Assembly: GCA_044356295.1 (NCBI GenBank)
Contig: JBIKWN010000062.1
Coordinates: 1-14,903 of the forward strand
Length of the DNA: 14,903 nt
Reading direction: 5' to 3'
Origin: Bdellovibrionota bacterium
GTDB lineage: Bacteria > Bdellovibrionota_C > UBA2361 > JBIKWN01
Shown here: positions 14,899 through 14,903 of the stretch, piece after piece
Position numbering within the stretch: position 1 is the stretch's first letter
How the letters are laid out: the number at the start of each line of letters is the position of its first letter
Program-made: the position numbers and the translations under genes
The notes under the pieces: generated by a model
The model's database searches: none
Told to the model about the DNA's origin: nothing
Seen by the model: the letters and a program-made list of their open reading frames with translations, nothing else

Positions 14899-14903
14899 AT
14901 AGC

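Noticed and set aside
1..14903. tRNA, rRNA, CRISPR array, transposase or integrase genes
   Set aside because: No cloverleaf/T-loop signatures, no regularly spaced repeat-spacer array, and no DDE or recombinase ORF found.

Overview
AT-rich bacterial chromosomal window, mostly housekeeping genes with small accessory inserts. The gene order resembles deltaproteobacterial/Bdellovibrionota-type genomes (inference, low confidence). Left to right: 3' part of cpaB; single-domain response regulator; 127-bp IS4-like MITE with a 10-bp target duplication; stand-alone MnmC-type FAD oxidoreductase; metF; a 57-aa FlgM-like ORF missed by the ORF track, coupled to a low-complexity lipoprotein; candidate sRNA; CNNM/CBS/CorC hemolysin-family protein; CBS-pair protein; TPR-like hypothetical protein; a minus-strand acpP-glyA-nrdR-[COG1373 ATPase]-ribE-ribBA-ribH cluster; and a divergent pair made of a membrane-anchored LuxR regulator and a secreted DxDxDG/DUF5666-like protein. 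Best leads: (1) an AAA/wHTH/PD-(D/E)xK gene in the usual ribD slot, with a palindromic operator inside an apparently leaderless promoter; (2) the TM-LuxR/secreted-protein module with a candidate operator; (3) the minimal FlgM; (4) a hexamer-periodic hairpin repeat family, one copy carried inside the MITE; (5) a RibBA whose DHBP synthase active site looks degenerate. All family calls come from motif recognition by eye, not database searches.
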